The notes under the pieces were generated by a model. That model was not told where the DNA came from and did no database searches. It worked only from the letters and a program-made list of their open reading frames with translations. Shown piece after piece: positions 27,431-40,660 of a stretch of 64,000 nt of DNA. The DNA is from Octopus vulgaris. Its lineage: Eukaryota. The stretch lies in the NCBI GenBank assembly GCA_951406725.2, contig OX597816.1, positions 105,586,001-105,650,000 on the forward strand, given 5' to 3'. Both the position numbers and the translations under genes were made by a program. Numbering within the stretch: the stretch's first letter is position 1; each line of letters opens with the position of its first letter.

Positions 27431-27650
27431 TTCAATCACATAGAACAGTGATTCCCAAAATGTAGAGCATTGGTTTCCAATGAAGATAACAGTGATTCCA
27501 ACGTATATAGCAGTGGTTTCCATTATGCAGAACACTGGTTTCACTGCATAGAACAGCAATTTCCAATATATAGAGCAATGATTCCTATGTGTAGCACAAG
27601 TGGTATCTAATGAGTAGAATAGTGGTTTCCATGAATATGACAGCACTACA
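27431..27650. repeat. Degenerate 21-23 bp minisatellite, about 10 units
   Basis: Consensus approximately ttccaatatatagaacagtggt. Confidence 0.8.
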
Positions 27651-27989
27651 AATGTGCATTGAATAGCAGTTCCTATGCATTTAGCAGTTTACAACCTTTT
27701 GCCATCTTGACCCTTATGGAAAATTAAAAACCTGTCAAAACCCTTATCTTTTTTTTTTAATATTTAAATAATAAAATGTGGGGATGCTCTTAACATTTGA
27801 TACTTTTCCTGAGAAAATATTTACCTTTTTTTTTTCAGTAAATGTTATATTATAGGCCTTGTAACTTTAGGTTATTGCCTAACATTAATTGTGAACATTT
27901 TATATTTTATCACATATTTATAAAGAGAAAGATTTTCTCTTTAAAATTCTTTCTGTATTACACTTGTACTCAAATTCAGTGAAAGGAGC

Positions 27990-28380
27990 AATGCACATAG
28001 CCTTCACAGATACTGCAAGTCAGATTAGATTGATGTCATTAACATATTGCTTATACTGTTGTGAGCTGATAACTACAGGAAAGATATTCAAGGAGGAAAT
28101 TCCAGAAGGCCTGTACTCTAGGTCTAGTGGTTGGTGTAGGACTGGGGTGGGAAACTGGACAAAAGTGAGGAGAGGGTGAGAGATGAGTGGAGGTGGCATG
28201 AGACCAATGAGCTTTGAGGAGCAAAGGCTGTCTTAATAACTGTACAAAAAAACAAAAGGAGAGAGTACATCTGTGAGCTGGAATCTAGGAAGTGTCTGAA
28301 TGTCTTTTCTCTGGATGTGTGTGTAGCAGCAGCACCATCAAAGGTGTAGGAACAGTGCTCCATCGCAGGTTTTAACTGAA
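27990..28380 (-). mobile_element. Decayed Jockey/I-group LINE 3' fragment
   Basis: Minus frames resemble the '...LWN.LP..VFP..Y.L..FK' C-terminus. Heavily degraded. Confidence 0.35.
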
Positions 28381-28397
28381 CTACATTCTCTCAGAGA

Positions 28398-28454
<57 letters not shown>

Positions 28455-29778
28455 TGTGTATGTGTGTACACATGCATGTTAAGCCAAAAACAGAACCTTG
28501 ACATAAAGCAGGCAAATGCCCCTCAAGTCATCAAACCCTAACGTCTACAAAAAAAAAAAGAAGAATATATTGGATGTTGTAGTTTTGAACTTGTGACTGA
28601 AATAAGACAGGATGGTCATAACTAAGATGGTAATTGATCACAGACCTGCTTAATCAAAACAGACCTAGGGCCAAACAACAACATGCATGTGTGTGTATGT
28701 GTGCATGCAAGCATAAATACATACATACATAAATGTTTGTTTTTATGTCAAGTTATATATAAAAGCAATTTAACATTAAACTAAAGGATTGCTCAATACT
28801 CTTTAGTAGAGTAACTGTTCATTAAATTTTAAAAGGGACGGGTTGACAGTGACTTTGAAATTTTAGCTAACTCACTTGGATCCTAAACCAATCTGTTATT
28901 TGATCAGATGGTCTATTTATTTATTGCATTAGTGTGTAAATGAGTGAGTACTTCAAAGGCATGTGTATCCTTAATGGAATCTGCATGTAACAAAGCTAGC
29001 CCCTTGAATTATATTATAACCCATGAGATGAGCTTTTACACAGTTTTCATCCACTCAACTTCACTCACAAGCCTTGGATCAGTCTAAGGTTACTGTATAA
29101 ATTGTTTGCTGAAGATGCAATGCAGTGGGATTGAACTTGAAATCTCATCATTGCAAAGCAAGCTCCTTGACTACTTGACCATATTTGTATCCACACACAC
29201 ATGTGTGTGTTAGTATGTATAATGATTACAGAGAAAATGACAATGGTGGAATCAATAATGGTTTCTGATATCAGCCCAGGAATCAATAGTGGGAAGACAC
29301 TAATGTTAAGTATAACTTAATTCAACTCTCAACTATTACAACTCCATTAATTCACTCAATCAATGCTAATCTATCTTCAACCAAATTATCAATATTATGA
29401 TGTTTGGCATGATGTCATTTAGTGTATTTAACATGCTTATCTATTTAACACGCCTAACTGATTATATATAAATGTTTAACATTGTCTTTTAATGGGTCTG
29501 CATATAGATTTGCTGAAAACTGAAATATTCTAAGTAGCTTTGCACAGGTAAAATAAAACCCAGTGTCACTTCATTAATTTCTGCTCAATATTTAATTTGG
29601 AAATTTCCTCCATTTTTTATTTTCTTTTCTAGTTGATACATTAGACACTGTGCTTATTCTTGGTTGCTGCTGTAGTGAGCAGATGAGAGATCAATCTCTC
29701 CATGGACATAATTTTGGTTGATCTACTGCAGGAAGTAACTCATTACTGCATGCTAACAAATGACTCATGAATTCTACA

Positions 29779-29830
29779 GTACTGCTGCTGCTGCTCACAG
29801 AGGTGTACTGCTGCTGCTGCTCACAGAGGT
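29779..29830. repeat. Perfect 26-bp tandem duplication (gtactgctgctgctgctcacagaggt x2)
   Basis: Direct reading. Confidence 0.9.
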
Positions 29831-30064
29831 GAGTTACAAATGATACAAAATTTGGCACATAATCAAAACAAATGAAGTTATCAGGCTACTAGAAACAGCA
29901 GCCAAATTTCAAGCCACCGAGACAGCCTCTACATAGGTGCATATAAATCTTCTGCAAACTACATGCAACTACCTCAAATATGAACAGGACACATTGAACA
30001 AGAAATTTCCTGATATACAAAAATACCCAATCAAGTTTGACCTAGGGCTAAACAACAACAATAA

Positions 30065-31197
30065 CAACTTAGAGACTTGGCTACTGAGAGATAAAACCGG
30101 CATCCAGTGATTTCCTCCAGAGATTTGCAAGAGGAGCTGCAAGTTGCTGTCTGCATTCCTTCAGCACTCTAGCAGGGAACCTGTTCTGACTCCCTTCTGT
30201 ATCAGGTTTGATTTCTTTTATTGCTGCTAGGATATCAATGGCATTGAAAGTTATGTTGGAAAGGACATGTTGAGGATTCACAGAATCAAAGCTGCTTGAG
30301 TTAACTGAATCAGGTTCACTGAAGACAGAGCAGTATTGACTTTGCAAGATCTGTCATATCTTTGGCATCACTATGAAGAATGCTGTTTCCATCAACCAGT
30401 GGGCTGATAAACGAAACTGGTCATTTATGAGGGTTCTCATACAGTCCTGCAGTTGTTGCTTCCTTGATTCCAAGGTTGTTAATGTTCTTGATTGGGGGTG
30501 ATGCTGGTATTTAAGGGTACTGATTTTTCGGATTATTTTTTTTATTCTCCTGGTGAGCTATTTTCTCTATTTTGGAATCCTGCATCTACTGTTGTTTATG
30601 AGTCATGAGGGTGTGTGTTTTGATCATATGTGGGTGACTGTGTCCACAAATAGTTGCCATACATTGGTGTTTGTTGTGGTATTAGAGGAAGCAAGGATGA
30701 AGGACCAGTCCACTTGCAATAAGTCTTGAGTGATCGCACTCCAGTTTGACTTGTGTAAATTCATGTTATTTAATGGGTGCACTGGAGTTAGTGATTTATG
30801 CCAAATTTCCAGATGTTGAAGATCGAGGTTACAGAGTATTATGTCATGATCAGAGAGGAGGGTTCTTTCCACTGTGATGTTATGAATAGTGTTAGCATGG
30901 TTGCTTAGCACTAGGTCCGAGACACTTTGGTTATTTTTGGTTGGTTCATGGACAAGTTGTGACAGGAAAAAATTATCCGTAAATTTAAAAAGTAACTCCA
31001 CTGCCGCTTTGTCTGAGCTTGAGGTGAAGGTTCCTGGTCTAACAATATTAGTGGACCAGCCAACAGAGGGTAGGTTGAAGTCGCACATCATCAGAATATT
31101 TCCTGGGTTACATTGCAGGAGGAAAGATTTGATCTTCTCAAAGCACTCTTGGAAATAGTTTAAGGGTGCCTGTGGGGATCTGTAGAGCCCAATCACA
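30065..31197 (-). mobile_element. CR1-group LINE ORF2 fragment (APE endonuclease plus tether)
   Basis: GLYRSP, MCDFNLP, LSQLVHEPT, DLVLSN and LSDH motifs; downstream FPARVLKECRQQLAAPLANLWRKSLDAG. Confidence 0.88.
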
Positions 31198-31212
31198 TAT
31201 TTATATATATAT

Positions 31213-31545
31213 CTTTTATCTTTTACTTGTTTCAGTCATTTGACAGCAGCCATTTTGGGGCACTGCCTTGAAGGGTTTTAGTTAAACAAATTGATACCAG
31301 GACTTTTTTTTTAAGCTTAGTACTTATTCTATCAGTCTCTTTTGCCAAGCCACTAAGGTACAGGGATATAGACACACCAACACACACACACAAAGGGCTT
31401 CTTTCAGTTTCTGTCAACCAAATCTGTTCACAAGGCATTGGTCAACCTGAGGTTGTAGCAGAAGACAGTTGCCCAAGTTGCCACACAGTGGGACTGAACA
31501 TGGAGCCATGTGGTTGGAACGCAAGATTCTTACCACACAGTCATG
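31213..31545 (-). mobile_element. tRNA-derived SINE, family A
   Basis: Reverse complement of the family A consensus. Confidence 0.8.
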
Positions 31546-31554
31546 TATGTATAT

Positions 31555-31740
31555 ACAGATGAAATTTATAGAAAAACAAAAGACGAAGACAGGTGTATGA
31601 GCAACAAGCAAATGTATTAGTTTGACACTAAGGAAAATGAAAAAGTCTTTTATGTTTCGAGCCTGTGCTCTTCAACAGAAAGGAATAAGAGAAAATAAAC
31701 AGAGAGAGAGAATGAAAAAAACTTTAGATTTCAGCAGTCC
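31555..31740 (-). mobile_element. Penelope-like terminal repeat fragment (second subfamily) with hammerhead-like motif
   Basis: Minus strand CCTTT-CTGTTGA-A-GAGC-ACAG-GCTC-GAAAC-ATA-AAAG at about 31647-31683. Confidence 0.5.
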
Positions 31741-32721
31741 ATAAAACAATTTAACATACATATACACTTTCTAATACAAACCATGCACAAACACATACAT
31801 ATATCAAAATGCACATATATAACACATATATGCAACTTCATTCAAACCTTGCCTACATAAAGGCCTGTTCCATAAGTGCAAACACTGAAAGAACATGCAT
31901 AGATGAATATAGTTTGCAGCACATATAAATGTACATTATCTTATCTCTCAACATTGTCATCATTGTTGTAATAGCTTTTTCATTTGTTTCTGCTTCTAGC
32001 ATCCTAGATTTGTAATACATATCAATCATATTCAGAGTTTTCTATGATAAATATCTAATTCTACTTTTATCAATTACTAAATAATGACTGATTTCACCAA
32101 ATATTCCTGCGATACTACTTCCCATCACATTTCTGTAATACTACAACATCCGTTCCTGCCACATCACCATAATACATCTTCCTGTAAGCACCTTATTTGC
32201 AGATGGATGGCTCTTATGTCCTTGGAACTGTGCTAAATTCTTAGCCTTTCCAAACATAATCTATCACTAAAAAATTCATTACGCCAAAGTATATTTATAT
32301 GCTAGCATATGAAAATTGGAGATATATCCACTTTGAAGTTTTTAGAAACATGGCAGCAAAGCTAAGTATCTTTGGCATGGATAAATGGAGTGGAAACTGC
32401 TATATTTGATGATGCTTACACTATGATGCTGAGAACTCAAGGTACATTCTCCAAGTTCCATTTTATAGTAGGACTATGTTCTCAAACATATAAACACATT
32501 TCAATTTCCACTGTGTGTTGGCTTGATAAACAAAAATCCAATACAAGAGTCTCCATAGTGTCACACATCCTGTTAGAAATAATGATCAAGTCTCCCTCAA
32601 ATCACTTCCAACTTGGCATATTTTTACACTGCTGTCATAATCTGTAAGCATTACTTGCCTGGAACTTTATATCCATATGAATTACACAAATAGAAGGAAT
32701 AAAGACATGCTGATATATATT

Positions 32722-33115
32722 CTTTTATTCTTTTACATGTTTCAGTCATTTGACTGTGGTCATACTGGAGCACCACCTTAAAGGGTTTTTAGTAGAAGAA
32801 ACTGACCATTCTTTGTAAGCCTTGTACTTATTCTATTGGTCTCTTTTACTGAACTTCTAAGTTACAGGGGAGACGTAAACACAGCAACATCGGTTGTCAA
32901 GCAATAGTGGGGGGACAAATGCAGACATATAAATATATACATTCATATATATATATATATATATATGACAGACTCCTTTCAGTTTCCATCTACCAATTCC
33001 ACTCACAAGGCTTTGGTCAGCCTGAAGTTATAGTAAAAGACACTTGTCCAAGATGCCACACAGTGAGACTAAACCTAGAACTGTGTGGTTGGGAAGCAAG
33101 CATCTTACCACACAT
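32722..33115 (-). mobile_element. tRNA-derived SINE, family A
   Basis: Reverse complement of the family A consensus, with internal (TA)n. Confidence 0.8.
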
Positions 33116-36100
33116 CTACAGCATTGTTACACTATAGGTTAATGGGTCCCTGAACTTTCTTGTGCACCTTCTGTTATTTAGCTGCAAAAATGTCTGCTAT
33201 TTAGCTGCAAGGTCTTTCTTTAAATACAGTTCTGTCTTGTGTAGTAAAAGCATTTTATTAATGCCAGAATATGATGAGATTACAAGCAAGAGATATCAAA
33301 CATCTTGACTAACCACGTTCAATATATACAGATGAATCAATAAATAAACAGGTTAATAAAAAAATTATTGCTTTTTAAATTTTCATTTCTGTAGACTTGC
33401 ACAAAAACACACAAAAATCTATAACTAAAACACTGAAGGTTGAGTCAGTTAACCGTGTCCCACTTCCCTGGCAAAAATATGTATTGTGTCTGAGTACAGA
33501 CAGCAGTGTGGTCAGACACTTATGAAGTTCACTTTGAAATCATGAGAGCTAAGGTTCAGTCTCAGTGCAATGCAACTTGGGTTGATCAAGCCTTGTGAAA
33601 GAAACTGTATGGATGGAAGCTATAGAAGTGTCAATCAGGAGGACTGCACATGTCATTGAAAGTCTTGGCCTTGTCATACTGCATTATGCTGATTCTGACT
33701 GAGGTTTATATTAAGGTACAAGGCATAAATTCAATAGTCAGCCATTTCAACAGTCATGATAACAGTGTGCATGCTGGTGTGCTTCCATTATTCAAACTAG
33801 AATACGACTTGAGATTCAGCATATCAACTTGCAAGTAGTATAATATATATGCATATTAGTATACACACACACACACATTTATGCTTGTAAGATTGGACCT
33901 TGGAAAAGGCAATAGTCATCAAGAATGTTTTCATTAATACGTGTGTTTGTGTTAGTAAAGGAAACATCTAAAATATTTTTTCATTAAAAGTACTAAACTT
34001 TCTTGAAAAACAAAAAACAATTTTTCTTTCTTCCATTCCTCTTTAAATACCCCCCCCCTGCCACTTTTTTGTATTTTTCATTGACAAAAATCTATGTAAC
34101 TTTGTGATGTTTCATTGTTCTTCAGTATTAATTATTTCTACTTTGAAGTCTTCCCAATCAATATGCTTTCAATAAGACAACAAAGATAACAGAAATTGAA
34201 ATAAAAATGAAAATGGAGCACCAAGTAGCATTTCTAAACAGTTTTGAAAAACAGTGAAATACAAACGAGGAATAAAATAATTAGCCTCAACACCCACCCA
34301 CCAAAAACAAAACAAAAAAAAAAGTAAAAGAAAATGGGAAAGGGAAAAATTTTATTAAAGCAGACACCAAATTGATCCTGGAAAAGATTTCATAACAGAA
34401 TGGGTGTTGTTGTTGTTGGTGGTGGTGGTGGTGGCAATGGCAGCATTGTATTTTTTTCTGAAAGGGATAATTAAATCAAATTACCGTTTTTTAAAAAAGT
34501 TTTCTTGGTATTGTTGTAGTTATTGTTGTTGTTTGTTAGCTCCAGTTCAGCTGTGACATAACATGCACCTCTTAACAAAGGCATTTCCCTGTAACCATCC
34601 AGTAGCTCCTTCAAACATTGCATATCTAAGAGGTTATTATCTAATGTGTGGTCCATAATCTGTCCTTCACTTTTCTCAGTGGCAGAGTGTAGTTCCAGAT
34701 AGATTTGGCTACTGTTTCTAGCATAACCACACAGAATCTCCTTCATTAGTTTATAGAGTTTTGTAGTAGTCATAATAGCTATCCTCCTCTTCTTCCTCCT
34801 TCTCCTCCTCATCATTTTCATTGTTGTTGTTGTTGCTGTTCTTGTTGTTCTTGTATACTTTTCCTAGCTTTCATGTGTCAGATGGAATCCAATGAGACAA
34901 TTCTCTATGACTAGATGCCCTTCTTGTCACCAACTCTCACTGTTTCCAAGTAAGGTAATTTTTTCCCCTGGCTGCACATGTTTTCACAGAAGATTAGAAA
35001 TGAAGGACAACACTTATATGATGGTGACACTTGTCAGAGTCAGGAGATGACAACAGAGAGACAAATGAAAGTGAACCAGAATGGTATAAGTGACAGGGAG
35101 GAGACGAAAATGTAAGAGGGGAGAGAAAGAGAAAGACTGATAGCTAGCACTAAAGAGTGATTGAGTATGTGTGTGTGATTGGGTATGTGTGCGTATTTCT
35201 TTTAAGAAACATGAAAGAATAATCTTTACAAATCAGGGGAAAAAATTTACAGAGAGAAACAACTGAAACATTACCATATGTGAAGTTAGAGAAAAATGAA
35301 AATTTTATCTTTATGGAGAGAAGGAGGAGAGTGGGGGAGAGAGAAAGAAATAACTAATATTTTTTGAAATGTGATAAAAATATTAAACCAACTCTGCTTT
35401 CTGAAGTGTGTAAAGAATGGATTACAATGCATATATTACTGTGAAACTTTCAAATTAAAGAAATTATGGGAGAACCAGAACAATAATGAATTCAATGAGA
35501 AAAAACTTAAAATGGAGAAATGAAAATAGAAATCGACCTTTTATAAAATGAAATGGGAATGCAATACTAAAAATCTTTACTATTGTCAACCATGAAATGC
35601 AAACCATTTGGAAATGTCCTTTCTATTTTCACATTTCCACAGAAATTGAAGAATGTCAAAACAAGAAGAATGATGACTTAAAAAGGTGAAATGAAATTGG
35701 AAAATAGTTCATAAGACATCAAATGAAAAAGAATAAAATAATTCTTGGTGAAACAAAAATTTTTTTAAAATCTATTCATGAGACTAAGTTTTATGCATAC
35801 AAAAATAATAAATGAAATATCAAATTTAAGTTTTGAAAAATTGTAAAAACCCAAAAAGTGATAAGAAACTAACAACAATCAGCATGCACACTCATCATAC
35901 AATGCTTGTAGATACTGCATTACATAACAGTAATTTGAACTGTAGAAATAAAGTTTCAATAAAGAAAGTGGGGTATAAGACAAAGTAAGCAATTGAAAAA
36001 CTATGAAAACTAAGATATTCCAAACTGAAATATTCCCAGTTTAACAAATGAACTAAAATAAATATACCAGTCCACTTTCCAATATCATATAGAAAGTATT

Positions 36101-36559
36101 GCTACTCTAGTGGTCTCAGTTAAAATGAATAAGCTTGACAAAGTGCAATACAGTTTAACAAGATTGTTGTTTTTTAACTATTAAGCTCATTATAGAGTTG
36201 AAAGAATTTTCAATATTTTTATTTACAATTTGTCTCGTTTGCATGAAATTTCTATGCAAATCACAACTTCTATGAAATTATTACACATATATACCAAAAT
36301 GCAGCATTATGTTACAGTGAGGTTCACAAATTTTATAATTTTAAGACTTCTATAATTTGAGACATAAAAATAACATTAATTAATGAACTTATTGAATGCA
36401 CTGTTCAGGTCTATGACAGCTCATCAGGAAAAAGTAAAAGAGAGGACAGAAAGCAGCAACTCATGTAAATAAAGAGAGCAATGATAGCCAATAGCACATA
36501 TATATTACATAGGATAAAACCCCCAAAAGACAGAAGAGTGAATGAATAGTAAAAAAGCC

Positions 36560-37790
36560 AAAAAGAGGAAAGAGTAGAAAGGTACATCAGAAGTAGCATC
36601 AGTAAATTTGAGGAAGCATGGACTATTTGAAGGATACAGTATCCTGATAGCTAACAACTGATTCAGATGATTTATACCATACTTCAACAATTCAGAACAT
36701 GAAAACTATATTTCTAAAAGCCAAGGGTGTTGTGCAGCCTTTTTATTTTACAAATGTCTTCACAGAGGGTAAACATATTGAACTCAAAAAGGTGACCAAA
36801 GTCATTGTTTGAAAGATGGACAATCTTGCTGGCTTCCACCAAGTCAGCTCCTAGATATCAAAGCACTGATGCCCCAAGACACAATATGATCAAAATCTGG
36901 GACACCTTTCAGCAGTCTGATATTCTGGACAAGATGGGGTTTCCAAACTGGAGATGCAGACTGTGCATGCACTCATACCAAAACCGTATATAGCTTCAAA
37001 TAGAAAGCCAGTGAGTAGCTGAAAAAGGCTTTACTAAATGATGCTAAGATACCTTCAACCTGTTTGATGATTTCAGAAATGCAATTCATCCAATGCAGAT
37101 CATTGTTGACAAAAATGCTTAGGTCACATTCACAAGTAGATCTCTTGAAGTTGGTGTTGTGAAGAGAGTAAGTAAATTCCAGGTTTTTCCTCCCCAAATC
37201 TACAATGATTTTCTTATCTACAATCAACTTAAATTATTAAAAGAGCAACCTATTGCTGCATTATATCCAGTCAGATTACAGGAGAGATCTATAGTGTGTA
37301 GGATTTGCTCTCTTTTATCTAGGTTTATGTTGCCTATGCCTTTTAATTAAGTGTAGCAAGTATATGTTCACAGATTGCCTGTCTACCCTTAAATACTCAA
37401 ATATTGGCTCATATCTGTGTTTTCTACAAGTGATCACATGACCTGGTCATGTGATGATCGAATCCTTCAAGCTTTATGCAAGCTATCATCCCGTGACAGA
37501 CCAGATGAGTGCAGGCAAATTATGCCTATTCACTGGAACTATTATCAGCTTCAAAAAGAGGTATCTTTGTTGTTTTTCTTCAGCATGGCAGGAAAACATG
37601 GTCTAGTTCAGATCTTGACAGAGAGGAAGTTTATTCTGCAGGTAGCCTCAGGTATTACATCTGTTCCTGTCTTCCAGCAGAAATATCACGTATTTGTTTT
37701 TCTGTTATACACTGCATATATCATCAAGTACCAACTGCATGAGAAACCAATATGTATATTTTCTGACAGTACCAACATTTGCTGTACCTT
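36560..37790 (-). mobile_element. CR1-group LINE RT C-terminal fragment, decayed
   Basis: ECDLSIFVNNDLHWMNCISEIIKQVEGILASFSKAF...LKLYTVLV..SPVWKPHL resembles the CR1 '..KDLGI...L.W..HI..I..KA...LY...VRP.LEY.S.VW.P' region. Confidence 0.7.
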
Positions 37791-37941
37791 CCATTAGGCA
37801 TTGAAATAAAGAGTGACAGTAAATTACAACTTTTGTACTCGTATTTCTTTTTGCTGTTATATCTGACACATTTGGAACCAGGAAATTATAATGTTACCAG
37901 GGCCAGGGCCATGCAACTTCAACCCCTAAAAAAGTATCTGT

Positions 37942-38361
37942 ATAGGCGCAGGAGTGGCTGTGTGGTAAGTAGCTTGCTAACCAACCACATGGTTGCGGGT
38001 TCAGTCCCACTGCGTGGCATCTTGGGCAAGTGTCTTCTGCTATAGCCCCGGGCCGACCAATGCCTTGTGAGTGGATTTGGTAGACGGAAACTGAAAGAAG
38101 CCTGTCGTATATATATATATATATATGTGTATGTGTGTGTGTGTGTGTTTGTGTGTCTGTGTTTGTCCCCCTAGCATTGCTTGACAACCGATGCTGGTGT
38201 GTTTACGTCCCCGCCACTTAGCGGTTCGGCAAAGGAGACCGATAGAATAAGTACTAGGCTTACAAAGAATAAGTTCCGGGGTCGATTTGATCGACTAAAG
38301 GCGGTGCTCCAGCATGGCCGCAGTCAAATGACTGAAACAAGTAAAAGAGTAAAAGAGTAAG
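37942..38361 (+). mobile_element. Young full-length tRNA-derived SINE (family A) with 9-bp target-site duplication
   Basis: A box (tggctgtgtggt) and B box (ggttcagtccc), central (TA)/(TG) tract, (GTAAAAGA)n tail. TSD agtatctgt at 37933-37941 and 38362-38370. Confidence 0.92.
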
Positions 38362-39924
38362 AGTATCTGTTTTGTTAACACATGCAACAAACAACAGGGG
38401 ACCAAGAATATATTCCTGCAATATTCAAGATATCATTGAAGAATGTTGTCTTGCTATCACAAATGAAATAACATTTTAGACTCAATCTCAAAACTTCACT
38501 CATTTGACACTTCCAAACTTTATTGTAACAGACTTCCTAAATTAGAACCCATAGTTAAATTAAATAAATTTTGGGCAAATAGATTTCCTAACTTGTTTAA
38601 AAACAAATTTTCTATAAAAAAAAATTACATAAACCGTGAATTTCATTAATTAATGGAAACTTGGTGTATGCATAGGGGTCACCAACTAATTTTGCAACTA
38701 GAAAGATCTAAGTCGCTCAAATATGTCTCTCTTTCATATTCAGTTTTCTGAAAAAAAAAAATTCCACAACATAGAGAAATATTTTGTACAACTTTCATAT
38801 CATAAATTGAACTAGAAACAATGTCTGAATGATTTTTCAAAGAAAAAAAAAAGAAATATTTCATGTCAAGCTTTGATAATCCCTATATTAAAAAAAAAAA
38901 ATCATATCTAAAAACAACTACTTCCACTACATACACCAAATACTAGAAAAAAAATAACCAAACAAACAAATAAACATATAAGCTCAGCTTATAACAAGTT
39001 ATATCTGATCTCTAAATCACATAATATAAAATGTAAAACAGAGAAAGGATACATTTTTATAATCTAACACAAATTAAATACCTTTGGATATTTTTGTGAT
39101 TAAGTTTCTAATGAGTAAATTGGTTATGGCTTTTAATTAATTTTCAGTATAAAGATTTTTGGAGAAGTTTACTAAAATATCTGTAATTATATGTATTGTA
39201 TATTATGCTGAAATCTGAAATCTCAGGAATATCATTCATATTATAACTGGATTTTAATCAAAATTTTAATCTAAAAATAAACACTTTAAAAGTGGGTGTT
39301 TTCAAGTGGATTGGTATTAACAAGGTTAATTACAATCCATACTATCTAGAAACAAGATCAAATGAATTAGAAATACATTAAAATAAAGAAGGCCCTATAA
39401 GGAAGTATTGATCATCAAAAGCCTTAGAAAACTAATCTTATAATCAGGAATGGTTAGGTGCAGGCATAGCGTTGTTGTTAAGAAGTTCACTTCATAACCA
39501 CATGCATCTGGGTTTAGTCCCTTTTTGTGGTACCTTGGGGGTTTTCTATGCTTGCACTAAGTCAACAGATGCCTTGTGAGTGAATTCGGTAGACAGAAAA
39601 TGCATTAAGAATGTGTGTGTGTGCGTTTATGCATAATTATATATACACACACACACACACATATAATGTGCATGTGTGTGTATGTGTGTATGTGTGTATA
39701 AAAAGGATGAAATAGATAGATTATTGATATATTTAAGATACAAATCTCATTTTAAACTGACCATAAAACCTAACCTTATAATTCCGTTTGCTGAATGTTA
39801 AGTAATTTAATAACAGAAATGATAAATTTTCTTTTGTAAAGTTAAATGATAATCCTGTGATATTTGAAGGAGGCTGAAACAAAACAAACAAGAAAAAGAA
39901 CAGAATAATGAAGAGTCATCTTAC

Positions 39925-40121
39925 TTCTGGAAGGTTATCGTTATACAGAAGTTCATCTAATGTCCGGAAAGTTATACTTCTTTCGACTTTCTCAGCTCGA
40001 AAGTGCTTCTGTCGCTTCCTTCGTTGCATTCTGGGTGATCCACATCCATCTGCAGAAATATCTGTATCAGAATCTGAGTCTGAGCTGCCTTCCGTGCTGT
40101 GAATTTGGCCAAGGTCATCTT
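39925..40121 (-). CDS. TULP4: TULP4 internal coding exon (Ser/Asp-rich then basic linker), 197 bp, phase 1/0
   Basis: ttgcag| acceptor and GAA|gtaag donor. Open frame KDDLGQIHSTEGSSDSDSDTDISADGCGSPRMQRRKRQKHFRAEKVERSITFRTLDELLYNDNLPE. Phases join both neighbouring exons exactly, and it corresponds to the SDSSD...SPK linker of TULP4. Confidence 0.85.
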
Positions 40122-40539
40122 CTGCAATTAAGTTGAAATGTATATATTTAACTCATTATATCTATTATTTCCATTTTGGCCAGTCTGTTCACCAATAATA
40201 TTTCAATTTTTCAAAATAAAAATGTTACAAGATTTATTCTTGACATATAATAAACACACACACACACACAAACATGCATATACAGTAGCTGAAATACCTG
40301 GCATTGTCCAAGTTGAATATTCACAGAATTAATGGTAACATCAGAAAGTAATTTAAATTATAGTAAATATTTTGGAAAAACACTCAGTGCACTCAGAACT
40401 ATGTACAATACTAGAACTACTAAATATTTTACAGAATTTTTCTTTTTCAGATATCCATGTTTTAAACGTGCAATTTCAATTCTGCAAAATATTATACACA
40501 AATGCAAATCTTTCCAGTCCTCTAATTTCTGATTAAATG

Positions 40540-40660
40540 TAACCTTTACCCTAACCTGAAACCCTAATACTAAGTTCTAACAATAAACCCTTCCCTTAAA
40601 CCCTAACTCTAAGTTTGTCCCTGAAATCTAAACTAATACTGAATTTTAACCCTAACCCTG
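40540..40660. repeat. Degenerate (CCCTAA)-like array
   Basis: ccctaacctgaaaccctaatac...aaaccctaactct...taaccctaaccc. Confidence 0.6.

Noticed and set aside
27431-27650. CRISPR-like or zinc-finger-coding array
   Set aside because: Period of about 22 bp, variable length, no spacers and no consistent reading frame.
36395-36432. Minus-strand CTGATGA followed by a small stem (possible hammerhead or C/D box)
   Set aside because: No GAAA box, no helix I/III pairing and no terminal stem.
37942-38030. tRNA gene
   Set aside because: The A/B boxes belong to a SINE head, followed by SINE body, tail and TSD. No intact cloverleaf.
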